A stretch of DNA of 64,000 nt. Origin: an uncultured Chloroflexia bacterium. GTDB lineage: Bacteria; Chloroflexota; Limnocylindria; Limnocylindrales; CSP1-4. The position numbers and the translations under genes are program-made. The notes under the pieces were generated by a model, which saw only the letters and a program-made list of their open reading frames with translations, had not been told where the DNA came from and did not search any database. Positions 47,306-56,972 of this stretch are shown here, one piece after another (the first letter of the stretch is position 1; each line of letters starts with the position of its first letter). The stretch is taken from assembly GCA_963713975.1 (NCBI GenBank), contig OY970218.1:192001-256000 (forward strand), written 5' to 3'.

Positions 47306-50300
47306 ATGGCCCAGGCTCGCGAGGTTGTCCCGGTGATGGAACAGAAGGTCACGCCCAAGGCCCGTTCGGGCAAGACCGGGACCAAGGCAGGCGCGGCGGC
47401 CCGCAAGGGGCTCGGCGGCGTCTACGGTGCCAGCTTCACCGGCGAGGGGACCCGCGGCCTCACGTTCGAGCGCCGCTGGACCCGCCCCGGCGTCCATCCC
47501 TACGACGAGATCGCCTGGGAGTACCGCACCGCCGGCATCTCCAGCGAGAGCGGCAAGACCGTCTTCGAGCAGAAGGATGTCGAGGTCCCGGTCGCCTGGA
47601 GCCAGCTCGCGACCAACGTCGTGGTCAGCAAGTACTTCCGCGGGCACGTCGGCACGCCGGAACGCGAGCACAGCGTCCGGCAGCTGATCGACCGGGTCGT
47701 GAACACGATCGCCGCCTGGGCCGAGACCCAGCGCTACTTCGCCACGGACGAGGACCTGGCGGCGTTCCAGGCCGAGCTGACCCACCTGCTGGTCCACCAG
47801 AAGATGGCGTTCAACTCGCCCGTCTGGTTCAACGTCGGGATCGAGGCGAAGCCGCAATGCTCCGCCTGCTTCATCAACTCGGTCCAGGACAACATGAGCA
47901 GCATCATGGACCTGGCCAAGACCGAGGCCATGCTGTTCAAGTACGGCTCCGGCGCCGGTGTGAACCTGTCCCCCATCCGCTCGTCCAAGGCCAAGATGTC
48001 CGGTGGCGGCATCGCCAGCGGGCCCGTCAGCTTCATGCGTGGCTACGACGCGTTCGCGGGCGTGATCAAGTCGGGCGGCAAGACCCGCCGCGCGGCCAAG
48101 ATGGTCATCCTGGACGTGGACCATCCCGACGTCGTCGAGTTCATCGACAGCAAGGCGCACGAGGAGAAGAAGGCCTGGGCCCTCATCGAGCAGGGCTACG
48201 ACCCCTCGTTCACGGGCGAGGCATACGGCAGCGTCTTCTTCCAGAACGCCAACCACAGCGTCCGCGTGACCGACGACTTCATGAAGGCCGTCGAGCGTGA
48301 CGCCGAGTGGCAGACGCACGAGGTCAGCGACGGCCAGCCCGCCGGCACCTACAAGGCCCGCGACATCTTCCGCAAGATGGCCGACGCGGCCCACCTGTGC
48401 GGCGACCCCGGCATCCAGTACGACAGCACCATCAACGACTGGCACACCAGCCTGAACACGGACCGGATCTATGCGTCCAACCCGTGCTCGGAGTACATGT
48501 TCCTCAACGACACGGCCTGCAACCTGGCCTCCCTCAACCTGATGAAGTTCGTGAAGGAGGACGGCGAGTTCGACGTCGACGCCTTCCGCTTCGCGGCCAA
48601 GGTGACGATCACGGCGCAGGAGATCCTGGTCGACAACGCCAGCTATCCCACGCCCAGGATCGAGGAGAACAGCCACCGCTACCGGCCGCTGGGCCTGGGC
48701 TACGCGAACCTGGGCGCCCTGCTGATGAACCGGGGCTTCGCCTACGACTCCGAGGAGGGCCGCAACTACGCCGGCGCGATCACCGCGCTGATGCACGGCG
48801 AGGCCTACCGCCAGAGCGCGGTCATCGCCCGCGACCACGGCGGCGCCTTCGTGGACTACGACCTCAACCGCAGCTCGTTCCTGCGGGTGATCGCGAAGCA
48901 CCGGGACGCGGCCTACGCCCTGCCCGAGACCGGCGTCCCGCAGGAGATGCTGTCCAGCTCCCGCGGCCTGTACGACGAGGTCCTGGACCTCGGCACGGCC
49001 CACGGCTTCCGCAACGCGCAGGTCACCGTGCTCGCGCCCACCGGGACCATCGCGTTCATGATGGATTGCGACACGACCGGGATCGAGCCCGACATCGCGC
49101 TCATCAAGTACAAGAAGCTCGTCGGCGAGGGCTACCTCAAGATCGTCAACCAGACCGTGCCCGCGGCCCTGCGCAAGCTGGGCTACACCCCGGCCCAGGT
49201 CGAGGAGATCATCGCCTACGTCAACGAGCGCGAGACCATCGAGGGCGCGCCCGGCCTGAAGAATGAGCACCTGCCGGTCTTCGACTGCGCGTTCAAGCCG
49301 GTCAACGGCGAGCGGTCCATCCACTACATGGGCCACATCCGGATGATGGGCGCGGTCCAGCCGTTCCTGTCCGGAGCGATCAGCAAGACCGTCAACATGC
49401 CCGAGAACGCCACGGCCGAGGAGATCGAGACGGTCTACCTCGAGGGCTGGAAGCAGGGCCTCAAGGCCATCGCCATCTACCGCGACGGGTCCAAGCGCTC
49501 CCAGCCGCTGTCCACCGGCAAGAAGAAGGACGAGGGCTCGGCCGAGGACAAGGAGACGATCGACGGCCTGCGCCGGCAGCTTGCGGCCGCCCAGGTGGAG
49601 GCCACCCGGCCCCATCGCCGCCGCCTCCCGTCCGAGCGAACGGCCGTCACGCACAAGTTCGAGATCAACGGCCACGAGGGATACATCACCGTCGGGCTGT
49701 ACCCGGACGGCCAGCCGGGCGAGATCTTCCTCAAGATGGCCAAGGAAGGCTCCACGATCTCGGGGCTCATGGACACCCTGGCCACCTCGGTCAGCCTGGC
49801 GCTCCAGTACGGCGTGCCGCTGCGGGACGTGGTCAACAAGTTCGCCCACGTGCGCTTCGAGCCCAGCGGCTTCACCGGCAACCCGGAGATCCCGATTGCC
49901 AAGTCCCTCGTGGACTACATCTTCCGCTGGATGGGGAGCCGCTTCCTGCCGACCGACGAGAAGGGCGCCCTCGGGCTGATCGACCGCTCCGCGGTGGTCG
50001 CCGAGGCCCCGATGGCGTTCGGGGCGTCCGCCCTGCTGCCGCGGGCCGACGAGGGCATCACCGCCCAGTCGGAGGCGATCGCATCGGCTCCGGTTCCCGT
50101 TGTCGCCCCTGAGGACGTCGCCAAGGCGTCCACGGCCGTCGCCGCTCCGGCGGCCCCGTCGATCAGCGTGTCGGTGGACAAGCGTGATCTCGTGACCGTC
50201 GCCAGCAACGGCGCGGCCAACGGCTCCGCCGCCACCAACGGCAGCGGGAACGGCAAGCGGACGCTCGAGTCCTTTACCGGGTCCCTCGGCGGCTCCATCG

Positions 50301-50428
50301 GCGGCGCCAAGGTCGCCTTCGCCGCCCAGGCGGACGCCCCGTCCTGCGCCGAGTGCGGCTCGATCATGGTCCGCAACGGCAGCTGCTACAAGTGCCTCAA
50401 CTGCGGGTCCACGTCCGGCTGCAGCTGA
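47306..50428 (+). CDS. nrdJ: Vitamin B12-dependent (class II) ribonucleotide reductase
   Basis: FNSPVWFN, QCSACFI, TRRAAKM, SNPCSE, APTGT, ISKTVN, TSCPD-like domain, C-terminal Zn ribbon and GCS; no intein seen. Confidence 0.95.
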   Translation: MAQAREVVPVMEQKVTPKARSGKTGTKAGAAARKGLGGVYGASFTGEGTRGLTFERRWTRPGVHPYDEIAWEYRTAGISSESGKTVFEQKDVEVPVAWSQLATNVVVSKYFRGHVGTPEREHSVRQLIDRVVNTIAAWAETQRYFATDEDLAAFQAELTHLLVHQKMAFNSPVWFNVGIEAKPQCSACFINSVQDNMSSIMDLAKTEAMLFKYGSGAGVNLSPIRSSKAKMSGGGIASGPVSFMRGYDAFAGVIKSGGKTRRAAKMVILDVDHPDVVEFIDSKAHEEKKAWALIEQGYDPSFTGEAYGSVFFQNANHSVRVTDDFMKAVERDAEWQTHEVSDGQPAGTYKARDIFRKMADAAHLCGDPGIQYDSTINDWHTSLNTDRIYASNPCSEYMFLNDTACNLASLNLMKFVKEDGEFDVDAFRFAAKVTITAQEILVDNASYPTPRIEENSHRYRPLGLGYANLGALLMNRGFAYDSEEGRNYAGAITALMHGEAYRQSAVIARDHGGAFVDYDLNRSSFLRVIAKHRDAAYALPETGVPQEMLSSSRGLYDEVLDLGTAHGFRNAQVTVLAPTGTIAFMMDCDTTGIEPDIALIKYKKLVGEGYLKIVNQTVPAALRKLGYTPAQVEEIIAYVNERETIEGAPGLKNEHLPVFDCAFKPVNGERSIHYMGHIRMMGAVQPFLSGAISKTVNMPENATAEEIETVYLEGWKQGLKAIAIYRDGSKRSQPLSTGKKKDEGSAEDKETIDGLRRQLAAAQVEATRPHRRRLPSERTAVTHKFEINGHEGYITVGLYPDGQPGEIFLKMAKEGSTISGLMDTLATSVSLALQYGVPLRDVVNKFAHVRFEPSGFTGNPEIPIAKSLVDYIFRWMGSRFLPTDEKGALGLIDRSAVVAEAPMAFGASALLPRADEGITAQSEAIASAPVPVVAPEDVAKASTAVAAPAAPSISVSVDKRDLVTVASNGAANGSAATNGSGNGKRTLESFTGSLGGSIGGAKVAFAAQADAPSCAECGSIMVRNGSCYKCLNCGSTSGCS

Positions 50429-50447
50429 CCAACGCGCGCCCCAAACC

Positions 50448-50476
50448 AAAGCCCCGGGTGATCCGCCCGGGGCTTT
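50448..50476. terminator. Intrinsic terminator of nrdJ
   Basis: aaagccccgggtg-atc-cgcccggggcttt. Confidence 0.8.
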
Positions 50477-50592
50477 GTGGTGCCGGGCGACGGCGGTCCC
50501 ACGCCAGAGGGGATAGAGTCGAACAGCGATCAGGCTTGAACACGAGGTCGGACTTGGCGAAACAGGATCGGGGCGGTCTCTCGGAGGCCAGG

Positions 50593-51018
50593 ATGGCAAA
50601 GCGACTCGGCCGGACCCTCGAGGTCGAGTTCGCGGGCAACGAGATCGTGGGCCTGGGCGGCGTGGCCGGCGGCCTGGCCGAGGTCGGCGACGAGGCCTGG
50701 GTGGCGCTGCAGGTCGAGGAGAAGCACACCCACCCGGCCGAGAACGTCCTGCAGTACTGGCCGTGGCTCGAGCGGAGCCGGCGGCGCCTGGTCCTGGTCC
50801 ACGCCATCGCCCCCAATGCCCGCAAGCGCTCCGGTCATCGCACGGACCTCACGAAATGGCTGGGCGCGATGATGGAGCGTGTCCTTCCCGGCCGCTTCAC
50901 CTACTGCCGCGTGGACCTCGGCACGAGCGACGAGGCCGCCCAGCTGGAGGCGGCCGCGGCCGCGATCCGTGCCCTCCGCCGCCCGTCCAGGGGTCGGGCC
51001 CTGGTCTCGGGGCTGTAG
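50593..51018 (+). CDS. Hypothetical protein (possibly degenerate PD-(D/E)XK fold)
   Basis: GC-biased codon usage; VALQVEEKHTHPAENVLQYW; could start at TTG 50536. Confidence 0.6.
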   Translation: MAKRLGRTLEVEFAGNEIVGLGGVAGGLAEVGDEAWVALQVEEKHTHPAENVLQYWPWLERSRRRLVLVHAIAPNARKRSGHRTDLTKWLGAMMERVLPGRFTYCRVDLGTSDEAAQLEAAAAAIRALRRPSRGRALVSGL

Positions 51019-51060
51019 CGCTCGCACTTTGGGTGATCCGGGTGGCGGCGGCTTAATTTG

Positions 51061-51224
51061 TGCCGCCTACCGGTTCAACGGTCGGGTGCATCCGGGTTTG
51101 AGCCCTCCAGCGGCACGTTCGTCGCTCCGCGGCCCCTGACCAGCCGACAGGTGTGCCGCCCTGCGGCGCAAGTCACGTGGCACCCGACGGTTCATCCGCC
51201 CAGCGGCTCACGGGCGCTCGTAGG
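51061..51224 (+). repeat. 164-bp dispersed hairpin-forming element, copy 2
   Basis: 90% identical to the reverse complement of 33467-33630. Confidence 0.9.
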
Positions 51225-51268
51225 AGGCAACCGGTTCGGTCTGTGCCGACCGGCCGGCGCGGGCCCGG

Positions 51269-52291
51269 CTACGCGGGCTCGAGCAGGTCGTCCAGCTCCC
51301 GGTCCAGCTCGTGCTCCCATGACTGGCGACGGACCGGCCGGGCGCCCCGCCAGGTGCGCGCCCTCGACTTGACGCCCTCGACGATATCGGGACCTGCCGG
51401 CGCAGCGAGCTTGAGGGCCGCCCTGAGCGGCATGACCATGGTCTCGGCGGAGGCGCCGTCGGCGGGCGACAGCCGTCGCACGAGGTCCAGGACGGCCGGC
51501 AGGTCCGTGATGTCGCCCTGGCGCCCGAGGCCGGCCGCGGCCTGGCTGGCGGCGAAGACGTCGTCCGATGCGAGGATCGGCCGCAGCGCGCCGGCGACAG
51601 CCGGGTCCGGGTCCCAGCCGGCGAGCTGGACGAGCGCCTGGTGCCGGGGACCGGATCCCGGCGCCCCGAGATCCGCGATCAGCTGCGTCCTGCGTTCCGG
51701 CGTCTGGAGGCTCGTCGGCATCCGCAGCAGGTCCGCCTGGACCTCCTGCTGGATCTCGGGGGTGATCTCGAAGCCCAGCGGGCTGTACTGCCGGAACCCC
51801 ATGTCCGCCAGCCGCTCCGACACTGCGCCCGGGACAGCCTCCTCGGCGTCATCGGGTGCATCGTGTGCGCCGGCCTGGATCTCTGAGAGCGCCTCCTCGG
51901 CCGCCTCGACGTGCGGCTCGATGCCATCGGAGGTCAGCGGGCCGTCCGCGTACGGGGCCGGCAACCCGACCGCCTCGCGCTGGGGATCGTAGACGGCAAG
52001 CCCGGCCCGCCACGCCGCCTCGCCGACCGCCGTCGTGATCTCCTCGACGCGGCTCCACGGGATCCCGATCGAGACATGCGAGCGATGGACGTCGAACTCG
52101 AACGCCGGCTGCATCTCGCCACGCCCCCGCAGGCCTCGGTAGCGTCGCTCCATCGCCTCGATGAACGGATCGAGCCGCTTGTCGTGGCCAAAGGCGAAGC
52201 CCGAGGACCGGGCAAGCCGGTCGACCTCGGCGGAGGCCTCCTCGGCCGTGAGGGCGCGATCGACGGGCAGGACGAAGAGGTCGAAGCTCAC
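51269..52291 (-). CDS. Hypothetical protein with N-terminal YDPQ-type domain and C-terminal HEAT-like repeats
   Basis: GTG 52291 with GGGAG RBS; SFDLFV...GLAVYDPQ; ALVQLAGWD / AAAGLGRQGD repeats. Confidence 0.7.
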   Translation of the reverse strand: MSFDLFVLPVDRALTAEEASAEVDRLARSSGFAFGHDKRLDPFIEAMERRYRGLRGRGEMQPAFEFDVHRSHVSIGIPWSRVEEITTAVGEAAWRAGLAVYDPQREAVGLPAPYADGPLTSDGIEPHVEAAEEALSEIQAGAHDAPDDAEEAVPGAVSERLADMGFRQYSPLGFEITPEIQQEVQADLLRMPTSLQTPERRTQLIADLGAPGSGPRHQALVQLAGWDPDPAVAGALRPILASDDVFAASQAAAGLGRQGDITDLPAVLDLVRRLSPADGASAETMVMPLRAALKLAAPAGPDIVEGVKSRARTWRGARPVRRQSWEHELDRELDDLLEPA

Positions 52292-52450
52292 GATGCGATC
52301 TCCCGTACCGACATGGTCTCCCTTCGCTGACCGGCGACGCGCGTCGGCGATGCCGAACCCGGTGTCGGTGCCAGTATCGTCCAGATGGACCTTTCGCCCC
52401 GTACGGCCCGGATGCATCCTTGATTCGACCGCCGTATGGAGGTGTTGACG

Positions 52451-52651
52451 ATGCAGGCCAAGGTCGGTGACCGGATCGCGATCGAGTCGGAGCGCGTGGG
52501 CAAGAAGGACCGCCTCGGGGAGGTCCTGGAGGTGATGGACTCGCCCCTCGGAATCAACCTCCGGGTCCGATGGGACGACGGCCACGAGAGCGAGATTCGC
52601 CCCAAGGCGGGCAGCGCCCGGATCCTCACGGCCGCACCCAGGTCCGGGTGA
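52451..52651 (+). CDS. DUF1918 domain protein
   Basis: MQAKVGDRI...GEVLEV...VRWDDGHE..P signature; GGAGG RBS. Confidence 0.85.
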   Translation: MQAKVGDRIAIESERVGKKDRLGEVLEVMDSPLGINLRVRWDDGHESEIRPKAGSARILTAAPRSG

Positions 52652-52681
52652 CACCGCCCCGCGACCCTCCAACCCCGCGGA

Positions 52682-53332
52682 TCAGGCCTGCGCTGCCCCG
52701 CGACCCGCGAGGTAGCCGCCGAACCCGGTGATCCACAGGATGATCGGGTACACGATCCAGCGCTCCACGCCGCCAATGCCGAGCCCGGCCAGCGGCATCG
52801 CATCGCCCATCGTCATGTAGCCCACCAGGGTGAGCAGGGCGGTCGCCCCGCACAGCAGCGAGAGCCAGCGGAATGGCCCGGACGTGACCAGCGAGCCGGT
52901 GAGGGCCGCGATGCCGCCCGCGATGAAGGTCGCCATCGCGAACAGGGCGTGGGGCGTGCCCGTATTGCCGGGGAAGACGCCGACCCCGAGCGCGCCGATG
53001 CCCAGGACCGCGATGGGGATGGTGACGGCCCGCCGGCCGAGCCCGCGATGGACGAGCAGCGCGGCGGCGATGACGAGGATCCCGACAGCGATCATCGACC
53101 CGTCGAAGATGCTCGCCGACGGCTGGAAGACGAGGTCATCGGGCGGCTCGGTCCCACCCAGGTCGCTGATCTCGTTGCCGCCGGTCGTGTACGGCAGGGG
53201 GTAGAGCGCCTCGGCGCTGATGATCCCCAGGAGGATGATCAAACCGGCGAGGAACAGGAGGGCTCCACCGGCTCGCAGCGAGGCGGCAACCCCGGCCGGC
53301 CTCGAGGCGAACCGGGCCGGCTCCCCGCTCAT
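52682..53332 (-). CDS. DUF998 family membrane protein
   Basis: ISDLG, GVGVFP, H...A and G..ER motifs, multiple TM helices. Confidence 0.8.
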   Translation of the reverse strand: MSGEPARFASRPAGVAASLRAGGALLFLAGLIILLGIISAEALYPLPYTTGGNEISDLGGTEPPDDLVFQPSASIFDGSMIAVGILVIAAALLVHRGLGRRAVTIPIAVLGIGALGVGVFPGNTGTPHALFAMATFIAGGIAALTGSLVTSGPFRWLSLLCGATALLTLVGYMTMGDAMPLAGLGIGGVERWIVYPIILWITGFGGYLAGRGAAQA

Positions 53333-53493
53333 GCCGGGCTCCATGGCCCTGCCAGCGCGAGCCAGACCAGGGCGATATTGATCCCCGGGCCCGGCAGCAG
53401 CATGGGCAAGAACGCGAGGACCAGCAGCGCGGCCGCGGCCACCGACGAGCCGAGGACCGCCAGGGGAGCCAGGCTCCGGAGCATGCGGGTCAT
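53329..53493 (-). CDS. Small hydrophobic protein (54 aa)
   Basis: GAGG RBS, two hydrophobic segments around LPGPG, ATGA-coupled to DUF998 gene. Confidence 0.55.
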   Translation of the reverse strand: MTRMLRSLAPLAVLGSSVAAAALLVLAFLPMLLPGPGINIALVWLALAGPWSPA

Positions 53494-53826
53494 GGACACC
53501 TCTGCTGGATGCGCGGGCCAGTCGGCGACCGATCCGCGGTGCCTAGGGTGCCGGGGCAGGGCACGCGCGCCCAAGGGCCGACGGGTCTCTCGGCCCGGGC
53601 CATGTGGGTGGCAGGTCGCTGCCAGACGGCCACACGGCGCTGGAGTCAACGGCCCGCCGGTGTGGGCCCCCAATTCGATCTCAACCTAGATCAGGCCACG
53701 CTGGGAGCCGTCACGGTGATGCGGCTGTGGATCGGATCGGCGGTCGACAAGCGTGGCTGCAGCCGTCATGGGTGAGTTCCGGCTCTCCGCCACGCTGCGA
53801 GATCCCGATTCCGATGCCAACCTGAC

Positions 53827-54219
53827 TCAGCCGGGAAGCTCGCCCCGGGCAAGCGTGTCCCGCAGCGCCGACGGGTCCTCGCTCGCCAGAACCATCCTCC
53901 CGTCCCCGGTCATGTAGAGGAGGTCCACGTTCACACCGGCCTCCGCGACCCGGCGCAGCAGCGCCGCGGCGGATCCTGGTGCGTTGGCCACCGCGACCAC
54001 GGTGACGTCGCGCTCGGAGCAGATCTCGAAGCCGGCGTCGATCAAGGAGCGCTCCGCCTGGGTCGCGTCGGAGACCAGCAGGTGGAGCTCGCCGCGGCCG
54101 TCGCGGACCATGCCGCAGGCCCCATCGATGTTCACCCCCGCCCGGCCTAGCGTGTCGCACGCCGCAGCGAGGGAGCCTGGCCGGTCAACCAGGCAGATGG
54201 TCAGCTCGATCGTCATCAA
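53827..54219 (-). CDS. Tandem ACT-domain protein
   Basis: DRPGSLA...AGVNID and NAPGSAA...AGVNVD repeats. Confidence 0.85.
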   Translation of the reverse strand: MMTIELTICLVDRPGSLAAACDTLGRAGVNIDGACGMVRDGRGELHLLVSDATQAERSLIDAGFEICSERDVTVVAVANAPGSAAALLRRVAEAGVNVDLLYMTGDGRMVLASEDPSALRDTLARGELPG

Positions 54220-54326
54220 GCGCCTCCTATGGAACCTGTCGGGTCCATTGTCGCGCTCGTGTCACGAACTCCGGCAGCGGTCGACGGGACGCGGCTCGGG
54301 GGCATCAGGCGGTGGCCTGGGGACGA

Positions 54327-54602
54327 TCAGATGATGGCCACGATCCGCGGCATCGGCACATGCCATCCGATCAGCTCGCAGCCCAGCAGGTGGGGCGCCC
54401 CATCTCCGGGCGTGCACGCCGGGCAGCCCCACGGCGTGAGCCCGCCGTCGTCGGCCAGGTAGGCGACGTCACACGCGCTCTCCACGGGATCACAGTTGCG
54501 GCCGTGGCACTCGCAGTTGCAGTGGAGCCAGTGCTCGCAGGTGCACGTGGCGTCGGGCGCCGGCGCACGCAGGACCGATGCCGGAAACGGGGACGCTTGC
54601 AT
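54327..54602 (-). CDS. Small Cys/His-rich hypothetical protein (91 aa)
   Basis: AGGAG RBS; 10 Cys and 5 His. Confidence 0.55.
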   Translation of the reverse strand: MQASPFPASVLRAPAPDATCTCEHWLHCNCECHGRNCDPVESACDVAYLADDGGLTPWGCPACTPGDGAPHLLGCELIGWHVPMPRIVAII

Positions 54603-54822
54603 GAGGCTGCTCCTGGACACGGCCATCGCGCGGCGAACGACCCTTCGCAACCCGGTGGCGCCTGCGATTGTGCGCCATCGGGTCAACCACGGTGGAGCGC
54701 CCGTGTTGGAGCGCCCGGATGGTGCGGCTGGACAGGCCGCAGCGCCGGTGCATCCACCGGTTCGTGCTCCAGCCCCGGTTACCGGCCGCGTATGCTCAGG
54801 GTCCACGTCACTGGAGGCTCCC

Positions 54823-55686
54823 TTGGCCAGCGTCGCCGTCCTGACCGACTCCACCGCCGACCTGTCGCCCGGGCAGGCCGCCAGCGCGGGGGTCACCGTC
54901 GTCCCGCTCTACGTCCGGTTCGGCGCCGAGGAGCTCCGGGCCGGCGTCGACCTCACGACGGAGGGGTTCTGGGAGAAGATGCTCGCTCCCGGGACGGAGA
55001 TCCCCACGACCTCGGCACCCTCGATCGGCGACTTCACGGCTGCCTTCGAGGCCGCCTTCGCCGCCGGTGCCGGCGCGATCGTCTGCCCCACGCTCGGCCA
55101 CAAGCTCTCCGCCACGTTCCAGAGCGCCACCCTCGCTGCGGAGCAGATGCCGGACCGCGAGATCCACCTGATCGACACCGGTTCCACCTCCATGTCGACC
55201 GGCATCCCGGCCCTGATGGCGGCCGACCTCGCCCGGACCGGCATGGCCGCCGCCGACATCGCGTCCGAGATCCGCAGGCGCCTGCCGGACGTGGACCTGT
55301 TCGTGGCCGTGGACACGCTCGAGTACCTGCGCAAGGGTGGCCGGCTGTCCGCCGCCCGCGCAGTGGTGGGCTCGATGCTGTCCGTCAAGCCGATCATCAC
55401 CGTTACCGACGGCGCGGTGGTCATGGCCGACAAGGAGCGCAGCCGGGCGAAGGCCCGCGCCCTGGTCATCGCAAAGATCGCCGAGGCGCCCGTTGAGCGG
55501 CTGGCCATCCTGCACACGCCCACCAGCCCGACCGAGGAGGTCGAGGCCTTCCGGGCCCAGCTGCTTGCGGCCATCCCGGGCGGCGTTGACCCGGCGATGG
55601 TCACGACGGGGCTCATCGGCGCGTCGACCGGCCCGCACCTGGGTCCCGACCTGATGGGCGCCGCGTTCCTGCGAGCGGCGGTCTGA
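54823..55686 (+). CDS. DegV family fatty-acid binding protein
   Basis: LTDSTADL, PTTSAPS, LEYLRKGGRL, VKPII, HLGP motifs; TTG with GGAGG. Confidence 0.9.
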   Translation: MASVAVLTDSTADLSPGQAASAGVTVVPLYVRFGAEELRAGVDLTTEGFWEKMLAPGTEIPTTSAPSIGDFTAAFEAAFAAGAGAIVCPTLGHKLSATFQSATLAAEQMPDREIHLIDTGSTSMSTGIPALMAADLARTGMAAADIASEIRRRLPDVDLFVAVDTLEYLRKGGRLSAARAVVGSMLSVKPIITVTDGAVVMADKERSRAKARALVIAKIAEAPVERLAILHTPTSPTEEVEAFRAQLLAAIPGGVDPAMVTTGLIGASTGPHLGPDLMGAAFLRAAV

Positions 55687-55745
55687 GGGAGCTTGCGCCC
55701 GCCGGACGGAGACTGACTCGAACCGTCCGCGAGTCGTCCGGCCTT

Positions 55746-55763
55746 GTATCAATGTGATATCAT
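55746..55763. promoter_or_regulatory. Probable RHH/Arc operator
   Basis: AT-rich GTATCAATGTGATATCAT containing the palindrome TGATATCA upstream of the SPFH-Arc pair. Confidence 0.55.
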
Positions 55764-55809
55764 TCTGATCGCGCCGGATGTTGCGCGACCAGGAGAGAAG
55801 AGTCACGCG

Positions 55810-56712
55810 ATGAACAAGGAACGACTTGCCCGGACACTGCCCGGAATCCCGATGCTGCTCGGCCTCATCGTCCTCGCCGCTGCCCTGCTGCTCGGGATCA
55901 TCTGGTACATCGCCGCGGTCCTCGAGCCGGCCCCCGACAACGTCGGACTGGCCGAGGTGGTGCCCATCGTGGTGCTGACCCTCGCGTTCGTCGCGACCTG
56001 CATCGGCTTCGGCGGGTTGACGCCCGTCAATCCGAACCAGGCCCGCGCCCTCGTGCTGTTCGGCAAGTACCGCGGCACGGTGCATGCGCAGGGTCTCCAC
56101 TGGGTGAACCCGTTCAGCGAGCGCCGCAGGATCTCGGTCCGCGTCCGCAACTTCGAGACGTCCAAGCTCAAGGTCAACGACAAGGACGGCAACCCGATCG
56201 AGATCGCGGCCGTCGTGGTGTGGAAGGTCACCGACACCGCAGAGGCCCTGTTCGAGGTCGATGACTACGAGAACTTCGTCAGCGTCCAGGCCGAGGCCGC
56301 GCTCCGGAACCTCGCGACCTCACATCCCTACGACACGCATCTGGACGACCAGGTCGCCCTCCGGGCCAACCAGGCCGAGGTCGCCGACCAGCTCCGCCAG
56401 GAGATCCAGGACCGCCTGGAGAAGGCCGGCGTCCTGGTCATCGAGGCCCGGATCAGCCACCTCGCCTACGCGGCCGAGATCGCCAACGCGATGCTCCGCC
56501 GCCAGCAGGCCAACGCGGTGATCGCGGCACGCACGCGGATCGTCGAGGGCGCCGTCGGCATGGTGGAGATGGCCCTCGAGATGCTGTCCGCGAAGAACGT
56601 GGTGGAGCTTGACGAGGAGCGCAAGGCGCAGATGGTGAGCAACCTGCTCGTCGTCCTGTGCTCGGAGCACGAGACGCAGCCGGTGGTCAACGCCGGGACG
56701 CTGTACCAGTAG
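55810..56712 (+). CDS. SPFH/band 7 domain protein
   Basis: [38 protein letters not shown] motifs. Confidence 0.9.
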   Translation: MNKERLARTLPGIPMLLGLIVLAAALLLGIIWYIAAVLEPAPDNVGLAEVVPIVVLTLAFVATCIGFGGLTPVNPNQARALVLFGKYRGTVHAQGLHWVNPFSERRRISVRVRNFETSKLKVNDKDGNPIEIAAVVVWKVTDTAEALFEVDDYENFVSVQAEAALRNLATSHPYDTHLDDQVALRANQAEVADQLRQEIQDRLEKAGVLVIEARISHLAYAAEIANAMLRRQQANAVIAARTRIVEGAVGMVEMALEMLSAKNVVELDEERKAQMVSNLLVVLCSEHETQPVVNAGTLYQ

Positions 56713-56758
56713 GCCCGACCGACGGCGGAGCGGGTTCGATCGACCGGGAGCCCCCACC

Positions 56759-56953
56759 ATGGCCGCACGCAAGCCGTTCCTGCTCCGCCTCGATCCCGAG
56801 ACGTTCGCGGCCCTCCAGCGGTGGGCCGCGGACGACCTCCGATCGATGAACGGCCAGGCCGAGTTCCTGCTCCGCCGGGCCCTATCTGATGCCGGGCGCC
56901 TGCCCGAGCGGCGATCTCCCTCGGCACGCGATTCGCCGGACGATCGGACGTAG
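56759..56953 (+). CDS. Arc-like ribbon-helix-helix DNA-binding protein
   Basis: [10 protein letters not shown]...[17 protein letters not shown]. Confidence 0.85.
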   Translation: MAARKPFLLRLDPETFAALQRWAADDLRSMNGQAEFLLRRALSDAGRLPERRSPSARDSPDDRT

Positions 56954-56972
56954 CCGCTACCGTGGGCGGTGC

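Noticed and set aside
49990-50330. Intein or insertion in nrdJ
   Set aside because: Ala/Gly/Ser-rich low-complexity linker without intein splice motifs
51072-51195. Integron attC site
   Set aside because: AAC/GTT triplets flank the stem, but only one end fits RYYYAAC/GTTRRRY in either orientation, there is no unpaired central spacer, and no integrase or cassette array
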